In this document: positions 42,967 to 51,527 of the stretch, one piece after another
How positions within the stretch are numbered: the first letter of the stretch is position 1
Layout: each line of letters opens with the position of its first letter
Source of the DNA: Thermoplasmata archaeon
Lineage (GTDB): Archaea; Thermoplasmatota; Thermoplasmata; Lutacidiplasmatales; UBA184
NCBI GenBank assembly: GCA_027314915.1
Contig: DAHUZZ010000004.1
Coordinates: 30,368-94,367 of the forward strand
DNA: 64,000 nt
Direction of reading: 5' to 3'
Made by a program: the position numbers and the translations under genes
The notes under the pieces: generated by a model
Database searches by the model: none
The model's input: the letters and a program-made list of their open reading frames with translations, nothing else
Told to the model about the DNA's origin: nothing

Positions 42967-44149
42967 CCTCGGCGAGCGCCCCGGTCCCGTAGCCGGTCCG
43001 ATCGTTGTAGGACCCGTCCCCGACCAGGAGCAGGTGCGCGCCCCCGCCCGAACCCGAGCCCGGCAGCGCGGTCCCACCCTGCACCTCCCCACCGGAGAAG
43101 GAGGCCGGAAGAAGGGCGTCCAGGCTCTCGACGGAGGAGGACGCGGTGCCGGGCCAGGCCGCCAGCTCCGGCGCGGTGCCTCCGCCCGGCGCGACCCCCC
43201 GGCCCGCGAGGAGCCAGCCCCACTGCGGCACGTAGGCGAGGTAAGAGACCCACTTCGAGAAGCCGCTCGGGAGCGCCACCTCCTGGACCACCGCGCTCGC
43301 GCGCACCACGACCGCAGCCGAGCCGCCCCCGCCCACGAGCCACTCCGTCCCATCCCATCCCGCCGCGAAGACCCCCTGACCTTCGAACGGGGAGCCGGGA
43401 TCGAGGTCGACGAACCGCGAGCCGTTCAGGGTTCCGAACACGCCCTGGCCGCCGAGGAGCCAGCCCGAGCCGTTCCACGCGAGCAGCTGGATCCATCCCC
43501 ACCGCCCGTGCGACGTGATCTGGGAGGAGAGGTTCGTGACGTGGGGGCCCTCGAGGCTGACCAGCGACACGCCCCACGACGCGTTGCCGCCCAGCAGCCA
43601 ACCGGACCCGTTCCAGCCCACCGCGAAGATGCCGCCTCCGTCGAAGTACGGCCGCAGCTCCGGGGTCAGGTTCGTGATCCTCCCGCCCGAGAACGCCACG
43701 GCCGCCCCTCCCTCCTTTCCGCCGAGGGTGGCCTGACCGCCCAGCATCCAGGCGCTGCCGTTCCACACGGCGCCGTACACCCCGCCCGCCCCGAACTGCG
43801 GATCGAACGTCGCGGTGAGGTTCGTGGTCCTCGGCCCGGACGGCGTGTCGACGTACTCCCCGAGGACGGGCAGCTCGAGCCCCGTGGTCCGGTCGTATCT
43901 TCCGATGCCCGCGAGCAGCGTGACCGACGAGTTCGAAGCCGCGCCCAGGATCACCCCCGGGTGGAAGAGGGGACCGAGCGCACCGGTCGCATCCACCACG
44001 GCGACGTGCGTCGGCCGGACCGGCCCCGTGCTCGCCGGCGGGTTCGGGGCCAGGACGACGACGGTCCCCACGATCCCGATCACGACCGCGACGAGGGCGA
44101 GGATCGCCACGAACGAACCCCGCCGGCTCAGGGCCCGGCGCTCGCGCAT
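42953..44149 (-). CDS. Membrane-anchored secreted repeat protein (WNGSxWLLGG repeats)
   Basis: N-terminal TM segment FVAILALVAVVIGIVGTVVVL. The repeats are AVWNGSAWMLGG, VGWNGSGWLLGG, LAWNGSGWLLGG, AGWDGTEWLVGG and VPQWGWLLAG. It is probably a beta-propeller. Confidence 0.65.
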   Translation of the reverse strand: MRERRALSRRGSFVAILALVAVVIGIVGTVVVLAPNPPASTGPVRPTHVAVVDATGALGPLFHPGVILGAASNSSVTLLAGIGRYDRTTGLELPVLGEYVDTPSGPRTTNLTATFDPQFGAGGVYGAVWNGSAWMLGGQATLGGKEGGAAVAFSGGRITNLTPELRPYFDGGGIFAVGWNGSGWLLGGNASWGVSLVSLEGPHVTNLSSQITSHGRWGWIQLLAWNGSGWLLGGQGVFGTLNGSRFVDLDPGSPFEGQGVFAAGWDGTEWLVGGGGSAAVVVRASAVVQEVALPSGFSKWVSYLAYVPQWGWLLAGRGVAPGGGTAPELAAWPGTASSSVESLDALLPASFSGGEVQGGTALPGSGSGGGAHLLLVGDGSYNDRTGYGTGALAEVTIS

Positions 44150-44253
44150 GCCGTCGGGACCAGTAGCGCGGCCCGTATTTCCCGTCGTTCGGCGACCCGC
44201 CCGCACCGCGGAGCGCTCTTACCTCCGGGCGCCCTCGCGCGCGAGGAGGTCCG

Positions 44254-46140
44254 ATGGACGGGTCCACGACGGGTCGACCGGTCGGTCGCTCCCGCCTCAA
44301 GCTCTGGGTCGTCCTCCTCGGAGCGCTCGTGGTGGCCGGGGGCGGAGGGTACGCGCTCGCCACCTCCTTCCACCCCGCCCCGGGCGTGAACTGCCCCGCG
44401 CCCGAGCCCGCGAGCACCGGAGCACGCTCGCCGATCCAGCACGTCTTCTTCTTCATCAAGGAGAATCACGCCTTCGAGAACTACTTCGGGAGCCTGCCGG
44501 GCGTCACGGGGTACCCGCCCCACGGGAGCTTCCCCACGAGCTACTCCGGGAACGGGACCGTCTCCCCCTATCCGCTCGATGCGAACTCGACCGGCGACCT
44601 CCCGCACGACCGGGCCTCCGACCTCGGTTCCGTGGACGGGGGCCGGATGGACCACTTCGTCGCGCAGGCGAACGCCGACGGCTACCCGAACTCGGCCCAG
44701 GCGGTCGGTTACTACACGGCGTCCCAGATCCCCGACTACTACGCCTACGCCCGGAACTACACGCTCGGCGACCACTTCTTCACGGGCGTGCTCGGTCCGA
44801 CGCTCCCGAACCGGCTCTTCGACCTCGGGCTCACGGGGATGACCTGGATCTACGATGCCCCTCCGCCCGCCGCGAGCATCTCCGGCCCGACGCTCCCCAA
44901 CCAGTTCTTCAACGCGGGGCTCCCCTGGGACTACTTCTACTCGGGCAGCGCCCTGGGGCTCACGCCGCTCCTGGTCCCCCAGATCGCGACCCAGAGCTGC
45001 GTCGCGGACCGGATCCTCCCCGTGCAGGACCTCGCCTCCACGCTCGCGGGACCCGAGGCTCCCGCCCTCGCCTACCTCGATCCGTCGCCGGACCTCAACG
45101 CGAGCGAGCATCCTCCCGCGAACGTGACGTTCGGCGACCAGTGGACGGTCGCCGCGGTGAACACGATCCTCTCGAGCCCGATCGCGAACTCGACGGTGAT
45201 CTTCCTCTTCTACGACGAGGGGGGCGGGTTCTGGGACCCCGTGCCGCCGCCGTCCGAGCCCCCGCTCGGCGACGGGGTCCGGGTGCCGCTGCTCGTCATC
45301 TCCCCGTGGAGCCCCCCGGGGCTCCTCTACTCCAACACCACCGATCCGGCGAACCTGTTCCACTGGGCCGAGTCGAACTGGGGGCTCCCGCCGCTCACGG
45401 CGCGGATCGCGGACGCCCCGCTTCCGACCGGGCTGTTCGACTTCCGGGAGCCCGCCCGGGCCCCGCTCCTCCTGCCCACCCCGGTAAAGTTCCCGGGCGC
45501 GATCTCGGGGGCCGTGCGCGCGACCGGGGACCCGGCACCTCGCGGGGGGCGGGCGATCGCGCCCCCGACGATCGCCGACCTGGCCGCGCCGATCGCCCGG
45601 TCGGACGAGGCGGCCGGGAGCACGGACCCGAGGGCGGGGCCGCCCCGCCGGGGCACCCACCGGGCCTGCGAGTGGAACGGGAACTTCTTTTCCCCCGGCG
45701 CGGACCGAGCCTCCCATGCCCGTCCGGTACGTGCGCCGCGGCGCCCCCGCGGACGACGCGCCCCGGGGACCGGTCCCGGTGTACGCCGGCCCGGGGGCGC
45801 CCCCCGCCTATCCCGTCCCGGCGACCCCGCCGGCGCAGCGGTCCCACGTCGCGGCGGTCGTCGCCCTCCTGGTCGTGGCGGCCGGGGTCTACCTCGCCTC
45901 GTGGACGGTCCTCGCGCCGGCGACCCTCGCGCTCCTCCTCTTCTCCTCGGGGCTCGCGTTCCTCGGCGCGCGCCTCAACCCGCTCTCGATCGGGTTCTAC
46001 CTCACCGTGAAGCCCTCGTGGACCGCCATCGGCGCGGTCCTGCTCGGCGGGTTCCTCCTCCTCGCGATCGCCTACAGCTACTGGCGGCACGGCTGGGGGC
46101 CGATCATCCCCCAACGGTTCGTGCCGTGGTGAGGACGTAG
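44254..46140 (+). CDS. Phosphoesterase-family protein (phospholipase C/acid phosphatase type) with anomalous 3' end
   Basis: N-terminal TM segment. Motifs IQHVFFFIKENHAFENYFG, LPHD, FLFYDEGGGFWDPVPPP and GVRVPLLVISPW. The stop-bounded ORF ends at 46140, but the coding signal in this frame fades at about 45700, where the next gene's frame takes over. Confidence 0.7.
   Translation: MDGSTTGRPVGRSRLKLWVVLLGALVVAGGGGYALATSFHPAPGVNCPAPEPASTGARSPIQHVFFFIKENHAFENYFGSLPGVTGYPPHGSFPTSYSGNGTVSPYPLDANSTGDLPHDRASDLGSVDGGRMDHFVAQANADGYPNSAQAVGYYTASQIPDYYAYARNYTLGDHFFTGVLGPTLPNRLFDLGLTGMTWIYDAPPPAASISGPTLPNQFFNAGLPWDYFYSGSALGLTPLLVPQIATQSCVADRILPVQDLASTLAGPEAPALAYLDPSPDLNASEHPPANVTFGDQWTVAAVNTILSSPIANSTVIFLFYDEGGGFWDPVPPPSEPPLGDGVRVPLLVISPWSPPGLLYSNTTDPANLFHWAESNWGLPPLTARIADAPLPTGLFDFREPARAPLLLPTPVKFPGAISGAVRATGDPAPRGGRAIAPPTIADLAAPIARSDEAAGSTDPRAGPPRRGTHRACEWNGNFFSPGADRASHARPVRAPRRPRGRRAPGTGPGVRRPGGAPRLSRPGDPAGAAVPRRGGRRPPGRGGRGLPRLVDGPRAGDPRAPPLLLGARVPRRAPQPALDRVLPHREALVDRHRRGPARRVPPPRDRLQLLAARLGADHPPTVRAVVRT
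45716..46132 (+). CDS. Membrane protein (138 aa), or frameshifted C-terminal domain of the phosphoesterase
   Basis: GC3 is close to 100% in this frame. A Pro-rich N-terminus is followed by about 3 TM helices (VAAVVALLVVAAGVYLASW, LALLLFSSGLAFLGA, AIGAVLLGGFLLLAIAY). Confidence 0.65.
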   Translation: MPVRYVRRGAPADDAPRGPVPVYAGPGAPPAYPVPATPPAQRSHVAAVVALLVVAAGVYLASWTVLAPATLALLLFSSGLAFLGARLNPLSIGFYLTVKPSWTAIGAVLLGGFLLLAIAYSYWRHGWGPIIPQRFVPW

Positions 46141-46143
46141 GGC

Positions 46144-47052
46144 CTAGGCGGCCACCATCCGGTCGAGCGCCCGCCGGGCCCGGGAGGCGATGTCGGCGGG
46201 CACCTCGATGACGTACCGGTTCTCCGCGAGGGAGCGCCGGATGTCCTCGAGGTCGATCTCCTTCATGAAGGGGCAGACGGCCCCCTCGCTGAGCGGGAGG
46301 AAGCGGGCGCCCGGGTTCATCCGCCGCATCCGGTGGAGGATGCCGATCTCGGTCGCCACGAGCGTCTCGGGCGCCCGCGTCTCCTCGGCATAGCGGATCA
46401 TGCCGTCGGTCGAGAGGATGCGGTCGACGTGCGGGAGCGTCGCGCTGCCGCAGCCGCACTCCGGGTGCGCGATCACCTCGGCCCCGGGGTGCTCCGCCCG
46501 GGCCTTCTGGAGGTCCTCGGGCCGCAGCTTCGCGTGGACGGGGCAGTCGCCCGCCCAGAGGTGGATGTTCTTCCGGCCGGTGCGCTGCCGGACCCATTCC
46601 CCGAGGAACATGTCCGGCAGGAACAGGACCTCCTGCTCCGGCGGCAGGCCGCCGACCACCTTGACCGCGTTCGAGCTCGTGCAGCAGTAGTCGGACTCCG
46701 CCTTCACGTCGGCGGAGGTGTTGATGTAGCTCACGACCGCCGCCCCGGGGTGCTCCGCCTTCCAGGTCCGGAGCTGCTCGACGGTGATGGAGTCGGCGAG
46801 CGCGCAGCCGGCCTTGAGGTCCGGGAGGAGCACCGTCTTCTCCGGGTTCAGGATCTTCGCGGTCTCGGCCATGAAGCGCACCCCGGCGAAGAGGAGGACC
46901 GGCTCCGTCGCCTCCATGGCCTTGCGGGAGAGGTAGAGCGAGTCGCCGACGAAGTCGGCGATGTCCTGGACCTCCGGCCGCTGGTAGTTGTGGGCCAGCA
47001 GGAGGGCGCGCCGCTCCTCCTTGAGCCGCCGGATCTCCTCCTCGATCGGCAT
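46144..47052 (-). CDS. nadA: Quinolinate synthase
   Basis: LLAHNYQRPEVQDIADFVGDS ... GVRFMAETAKIL ... three conserved Cys regions. Confidence 0.92.
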   Translation of the reverse strand: MPIEEEIRRLKEERRALLLAHNYQRPEVQDIADFVGDSLYLSRKAMEATEPVLLFAGVRFMAETAKILNPEKTVLLPDLKAGCALADSITVEQLRTWKAEHPGAAVVSYINTSADVKAESDYCCTSSNAVKVVGGLPPEQEVLFLPDMFLGEWVRQRTGRKNIHLWAGDCPVHAKLRPEDLQKARAEHPGAEVIAHPECGCGSATLPHVDRILSTDGMIRYAEETRAPETLVATEIGILHRMRRMNPGARFLPLSEGAVCPFMKEIDLEDIRRSLAENRYVIEVPADIASRARRALDRMVAA

Positions 47053-47087
47053 GGGCTTCCCGGGCCCGAACGAGGTCCGGAAGGCAC

Positions 47088-47987
47088 TTAACGGCTCGGC
47101 CGGGCCCGTCGGCCCACCGACGGGCGCAGCGTCAAATGGAAGGGGAGCGCGGGCGCCGAGTGGGTCAGCGACCCCAGGCTCGCGCTGTCCGCGCCGGTCC
47201 GTGCGTAGGCGTCGAGGTTCGCCTCCGTGATCCCGCCGGAGAGCTCGATCGGGATCCGGCGGCCGCCCGGGCTCCGCCGCAGGGCGCGGACGGTACGGCG
47301 CGCCGCGCCGGGCGGGAGATTGTCCAGGAGGATCTCCTGCGCCCCCGCCGCCAGCGCCCGGAGCGCTCCGGCGCGGTCGCGGGCCTCGACCTCGATGGGC
47401 CCGGGGAGCGCGCGGGCCCGACGGAGCCCGGCCATCGCCGTCCCCAGGTCGACGAGGGCGAGATGGTTGTTCTTGACCAGGATCCCGTCCGACAGGTCGC
47501 GCCGATGGGGGACGCCGCCCCCGTGCCGGATCGCCCGCTTCTCGAGCTCCCGGAGGCCGGGCAGGGTCTTGCGGGTCCCCCGGATCTCGAGGCGCCCGCG
47601 CGCGATCCGCACCGCCCGGGCCGTCGCCGTGGCGACGCCGGAGAGGTGCATCAGGAGGTTGAGCAGGGGCCGCTCGGCCGCCAGGAGGCGCCGGGCCGGG
47701 CCCTCCAGCTCGAGGACCTCCATCCCCGGCCGGAGGCGCGCGCCGTCCGCCCGGCGGGGCCGCGCGACGAGGCCGGCCCGTCGCGCGAGCTCGGCCGCGG
47801 CCCCGACCCCGCTCAGGACCCCGGCGGCCTGCGCGGTGACCGTCCCCCAGGCCCGGAGCCGGGCCGGGACGACGCTCCGGCTGGTGCGGTCCCGGTCGAA
47901 GCGGTCCTCCCGGAGCGCGGCGGAGAGCAGCCGGGCGACCTCGGGCGGAACGCCGCCCGCCGCGGGGCTACGCCGGCGAGGGGACAT
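47088..47987 (-). CDS. nadC: Nicotinate-nucleotide pyrophosphorylase (carboxylating)
   Basis: ERPLLNLLMHLSGVAT ... GTRKTLPGLRELEKRAIRHGGG ... HRRDLSDGILVKNNH ... ILLDN ... ELSGGIT. Confidence 0.9.
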   Translation of the reverse strand: MSPRRRSPAAGGVPPEVARLLSAALREDRFDRDRTSRSVVPARLRAWGTVTAQAAGVLSGVGAAAELARRAGLVARPRRADGARLRPGMEVLELEGPARRLLAAERPLLNLLMHLSGVATATARAVRIARGRLEIRGTRKTLPGLRELEKRAIRHGGGVPHRRDLSDGILVKNNHLALVDLGTAMAGLRRARALPGPIEVEARDRAGALRALAAGAQEILLDNLPPGAARRTVRALRRSPGGRRIPIELSGGITEANLDAYARTGADSASLGSLTHSAPALPFHLTLRPSVGRRARPSR

Positions 47988-50319
47988 GGCCGGGCTCCGC
48001 GGAACGGATCCGATCGATCAGCCGGCGGGTGTCCGCGACGAGGTCGGGCCGCAGCCGGGCGATGGCCCGGCGCTCGAGCTCCTCCACGCGGGACCGGGCG
48101 AGCGCGAGCTCCCCGCGGGCGAGCGCCACCTCGGCGAGCCGCAGCAGCACCTCGAGCTCGTCCGGCTCGGTCTTGAGCTCGCGGACGAGACGGAACGCCT
48201 CGAGGAGCTCCCGCTCCGCCTGGTCGCTCGCGCCCTCCGCAAGGTCGATCTTCCCGGCGATGATGTAGGTCTGGGCGAGACCGAACTGGTCGCCGATGCG
48301 GGTCAGGATCCCCCGGGAGCGCTGGTTCGCGGCCCGCGCCGGCTCGATCTCCCCGAGCTCGCGCCGCAGGTCGGCGATGTTGAAGAGCGCCCAGCCGAGC
48401 TCCCGGAGATCGGAGGAGCCCTCGGAGAGCGCGACCGCGGTCGCGAGCTCCTCGAGCCCCTGCTCGACCCGGCCGTGCTGGGCGAGGGTGACGCCCAGGT
48501 AGAGGAGCGCGTAGGCCGCCTCGGCCCGGTCGCCGATCCCGAGCAGCTCCTCGTAGGCCTCGCGGTAGGCGGGGATCGCCTCCTCGACGCAGTCCGGTAT
48601 CATGGCGAGCGCGTTCGCCCGCCGGACGGTGACGAGCGCCACCTCGCGCCGGTCCCGCTGGCCCCGCGCGATCTCGAGCGCCCGGTCCAGGTAGCGGAGC
48701 GAGTCCGAGTACTCGCCCCGGAAGTACTCGATCTCCCCCCGCAACCGGTGGAGGGCGAGCCGCGAGGAGGGATGCTCGAGCTCCGCGACCCGGTCGAGCA
48801 GCTCATCGGTCAGGCGGCGCGCCTCGTCCCACCGTCCCTCGTCGGTGAGGATCCGGGCCAGGTAGATCGGCAGGAGCTCGGAGGCGACCCCGCCCGGGGC
48901 GGATGCCTCCTCGGAGCGGGCCAGGATCTCCCGGAGGGTGCGCTCGGCGCGCTCGAGCTCGCCCACCCGGCCGAGGGCGAGCGCGAGCTCGAGCACCAGC
49001 TCGAGCTCCCCCGCGCGGTCCTCCGGACGGACCCTCCGGTGGCACTCGAGCGCCCGCTCGAGATGGACCCGGGCGATCTCCGGCGCGAAGGCCCGGGCGG
49101 CGATCTCGGCCGCGCGGCGGTTGTACTCCTCCGCCGGGGCATCCAAGCGGCCCAGGTAGCTGTGGTGGGCGATCGAGAAGACGGCGTCGGAGTCGGTCCG
49201 TCCGGTGCCGAGGAGCGCCTGGGCGGCCCGCTCGTGCAGGATCCGCCGGAGCGGCTCCGAGAGGCTGTGGTAGACCAGGTCCCGGAGGTCCTCCCGGGAG
49301 AACTCGATCAGGTCGGGGGGGGCCTCCCGGAGGAGCCCCCGCTCGACGAGCCGCTCCACCAGCTCGGAGGTCCGCTCGTCGTCCATCTCGACCGCCGGGA
49401 CCAGGAGCGGGAACGGGCACTCCCGTCCGAGGACGGCCGCGGTCGCGAGGACGCGCCGCTCCGACTCGGGAAGGTCCCCGATCTTCGCCTGGACGTACTC
49501 GGTGAACGGCACCCCCGAGTCGCGCGCCGCCTCGAAGAGCGAGGGGGTGCTCCGGTGCTCCGCCCGGAGCAGCTGCTCCAGGAAGAGCGGGTTGCCCCCG
49601 GTCTGGGTGTACCACAGCGTGAGCTCGCTCGGCCGGACCGGGCGCTTCGGGTCGACCCATCGGACGAACTCGCCGACCTCGCTCGGCGCGAGCGGCCGAA
49701 GCACCCAGCGGTCCACCGGGCCCAGCCGGGGGAGCGCCTCGAGGAAGTGGCGCGCGGGCTCGGGCAGGTCCACGATCGGAGCCGAGCTCAGGATGAGCCA
49801 GAGGCGGTGCTCCCGGACGAGGACCGCGAGGTACCGGAGGAAGTCGAGCGACGAGGGATCCGCGTGGCCCACGTTCTCCACGGCGAGGATCGTGGGCGCG
49901 GTGGCGGCGAGCGCGATGAGCGGCTCGGCGAGCGGTGCGAAGCTGCGGGACCGGCTCGGCTCGGTCGCGTCGCCCAGGCTCCGGAGCATCTCGGTGAGCC
50001 GCTCCTCCGGGCCCACCCCGGGGCCGGCACCGGGCGGGCCCGGCAGGGGGATCCCGCCCGCGTCGAGCAGCTCCCGGATGATCTGGAGCGGCGCCGCGCC
50101 CGCGGCCCGGCGGCCGCGGGCGTCGAGGACCCGGATCCCCCCGTGCCGGCACTCGTCGAGGAAGACGGCGAGGAAGGTGCTCTTCCCCACGCCGGCCTCG
50201 CCCTCGAGGACCGAGATGGCGCCCTGGCCGCCGAGGAACTTCTCGCGCCGCTCCCGGAAGACGGTGAGCGTCTCCTGCCGGCCGAGGAACGGTCGCGGGG
50301 CCGGTGCCGCCACGCCCAT
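47968..50319 (-). CDS. STAND-type AAA (AAA_16-like) ATPase with C-terminal TPR-like repeats
   Basis: Walker A LEGEAGVGKST and Walker B-like ILAVENVGHAD, followed by about 400 aa of helical repeats. Its 3' end overlaps the nadC start by 20 nt. Confidence 0.8.
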   Translation of the reverse strand: MGVAAPAPRPFLGRQETLTVFRERREKFLGGQGAISVLEGEAGVGKSTFLAVFLDECRHGGIRVLDARGRRAAGAAPLQIIRELLDAGGIPLPGPPGAGPGVGPEERLTEMLRSLGDATEPSRSRSFAPLAEPLIALAATAPTILAVENVGHADPSSLDFLRYLAVLVREHRLWLILSSAPIVDLPEPARHFLEALPRLGPVDRWVLRPLAPSEVGEFVRWVDPKRPVRPSELTLWYTQTGGNPLFLEQLLRAEHRSTPSLFEAARDSGVPFTEYVQAKIGDLPESERRVLATAAVLGRECPFPLLVPAVEMDDERTSELVERLVERGLLREAPPDLIEFSREDLRDLVYHSLSEPLRRILHERAAQALLGTGRTDSDAVFSIAHHSYLGRLDAPAEEYNRRAAEIAARAFAPEIARVHLERALECHRRVRPEDRAGELELVLELALALGRVGELERAERTLREILARSEEASAPGGVASELLPIYLARILTDEGRWDEARRLTDELLDRVAELEHPSSRLALHRLRGEIEYFRGEYSDSLRYLDRALEIARGQRDRREVALVTVRRANALAMIPDCVEEAIPAYREAYEELLGIGDRAEAAYALLYLGVTLAQHGRVEQGLEELATAVALSEGSSDLRELGWALFNIADLRRELGEIEPARAANQRSRGILTRIGDQFGLAQTYIIAGKIDLAEGASDQAERELLEAFRLVRELKTEPDELEVLLRLAEVALARGELALARSRVEELERRAIARLRPDLVADTRRLIDRIRSAEPGHVPSPA

Positions 50320-50342
50320 CGAATGGGCGGGACCCCCCTATA

Positions 50343-51527
50343 TCACCTCGGAGCGCCCGGGGCGGGGACGAACGGCAGCGGCACCACCCGCGCCGGCACG
50401 GCCCGGTCGCGGACGGCGAGCTCGAGCTCGGTGCCCACCTCGGCGAGGCGGATCGGAAGGTAGGCGAGCGCGATCCCGTGGCCCAGGGTGGGCGAGAGCC
50501 CCCCGCTCGTGACCACGCCGGCGCGCTCCCCACCCTCGAGCACCAGCGTGCCGTGCCGGGGGATCGCGCCGGGCACCTCGACCGAGAGCCCCACGAGCCG
50601 CTCGGCGAGCCCTTTCGTCCGGGCCGCCTCGAGGGCGGCCTGGCCCACGAAGGGATGCCCGGGCTCGACGAAGCGCTCCTGACCGGCCTCGAGCGGGGTG
50701 CGGTCGAGACGGAACTCGTTGCCGGAGAGCAGGTAGCCCTTCTCGAGCCGCAGGGTGTCCCGGGCGCCAAGGCCGCAGGGGACGGCGCCGGCGGCCACGA
50801 GCTGCTCCGCCAGCTCGGGAGCGCGCGGGCCGGGCACGTAGATCTCGTAGCCGAGCTCCCCCGTGTAGCCGGTCCGGCTCACCAGGAGCTCGGTCGAGAG
50901 CCCCGCCGGGAAGTCGAGGCCGAGGCGGCCGGTCGACCCGGCTCCGCCGCGATCGGGGAACGCCCGGGCGGTGTAGAACTTGAGCTCCGAGAGCGAGAGC
51001 CCGAGGACCGATTCGATCCGCGCCCGCGACCGCGGCCCCTGGACGGCCAGGATCGACACCGCGGGATTGTGGCGGAGCACGGTCGTGTCCGGCCAGCGGT
51101 GCTGCTCGAGGAGCTCGAAGACCCGGTCCGCGCGCCCGGCGTTCGGGATGACGAGGTAGCTCGGGGGACCGACCCGGCCATCGTCCAGCCGGCCGAGGAG
51201 GAGGTCGTCGAGGATGAGCCCGTCGGAGTTGAGCCAGAAGGTGTACTTGCACTGCCCCGGCGCCATCCGGGGGACGTTCGCCGTCGTGCGCCGGGCGAGG
51301 AGGGTCGCGGCATGCTCGCCGGTGACGGTCAGGATGCCCATGTGGGAGACGTCGAAGAGCCCCACCTCCGAGCGGACCGCCCGGTGCTCCTCCAGGATCC
51401 CGCGGTAGTACAGCGGCATCTCCCAGCCCGAAAAGGGCACCAGGTGGGCGCCGTGGTCCCGGTGGAAATCGAAGAGCGCGGTCCGGAGGAGCGGGACCGG
51501 CCCGGCGGTCGCGGTCGACGGGGTCAT
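50343..51527 (-). CDS. gcvT: Glycine cleavage system aminomethyltransferase (T protein)
   Basis: LFDFHRDHGAHLVPFSGWEMPLYY ... HRAVRSEVGLFDVSHMG ... SRTGYTGELGYEIY. The ATG overlaps the purP TGA (ATGA). Confidence 0.9.
   Translation of the reverse strand: MTPSTATAGPVPLLRTALFDFHRDHGAHLVPFSGWEMPLYYRGILEEHRAVRSEVGLFDVSHMGILTVTGEHAATLLARRTTANVPRMAPGQCKYTFWLNSDGLILDDLLLGRLDDGRVGPPSYLVIPNAGRADRVFELLEQHRWPDTTVLRHNPAVSILAVQGPRSRARIESVLGLSLSELKFYTARAFPDRGGAGSTGRLGLDFPAGLSTELLVSRTGYTGELGYEIYVPGPRAPELAEQLVAAGAVPCGLGARDTLRLEKGYLLSGNEFRLDRTPLEAGQERFVEPGHPFVGQAALEAARTKGLAERLVGLSVEVPGAIPRHGTLVLEGGERAGVVTSGGLSPTLGHGIALAYLPIRLAEVGTELELAVRDRAVPARVVPLPFVPAPGAPR

Noticed and set aside
46144-50319. The AAA-TPR protein plus the NAD genes as an NAD-depleting antiviral (STAND/Avs-like) system.
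   Set aside because: NadA and NadC are biosynthetic housekeeping enzymes. No TIR, SIR2, nuclease or other effector domain is visible in the STAND protein. A regulatory role is more parsimonious.
47227-50463. 1078-aa plus-strand ORF opposite nadC and the AAA-TPR gene.
   Set aside because: It is an antisense shadow. The minus-strand products have clear NadC and Walker A/TPR features.
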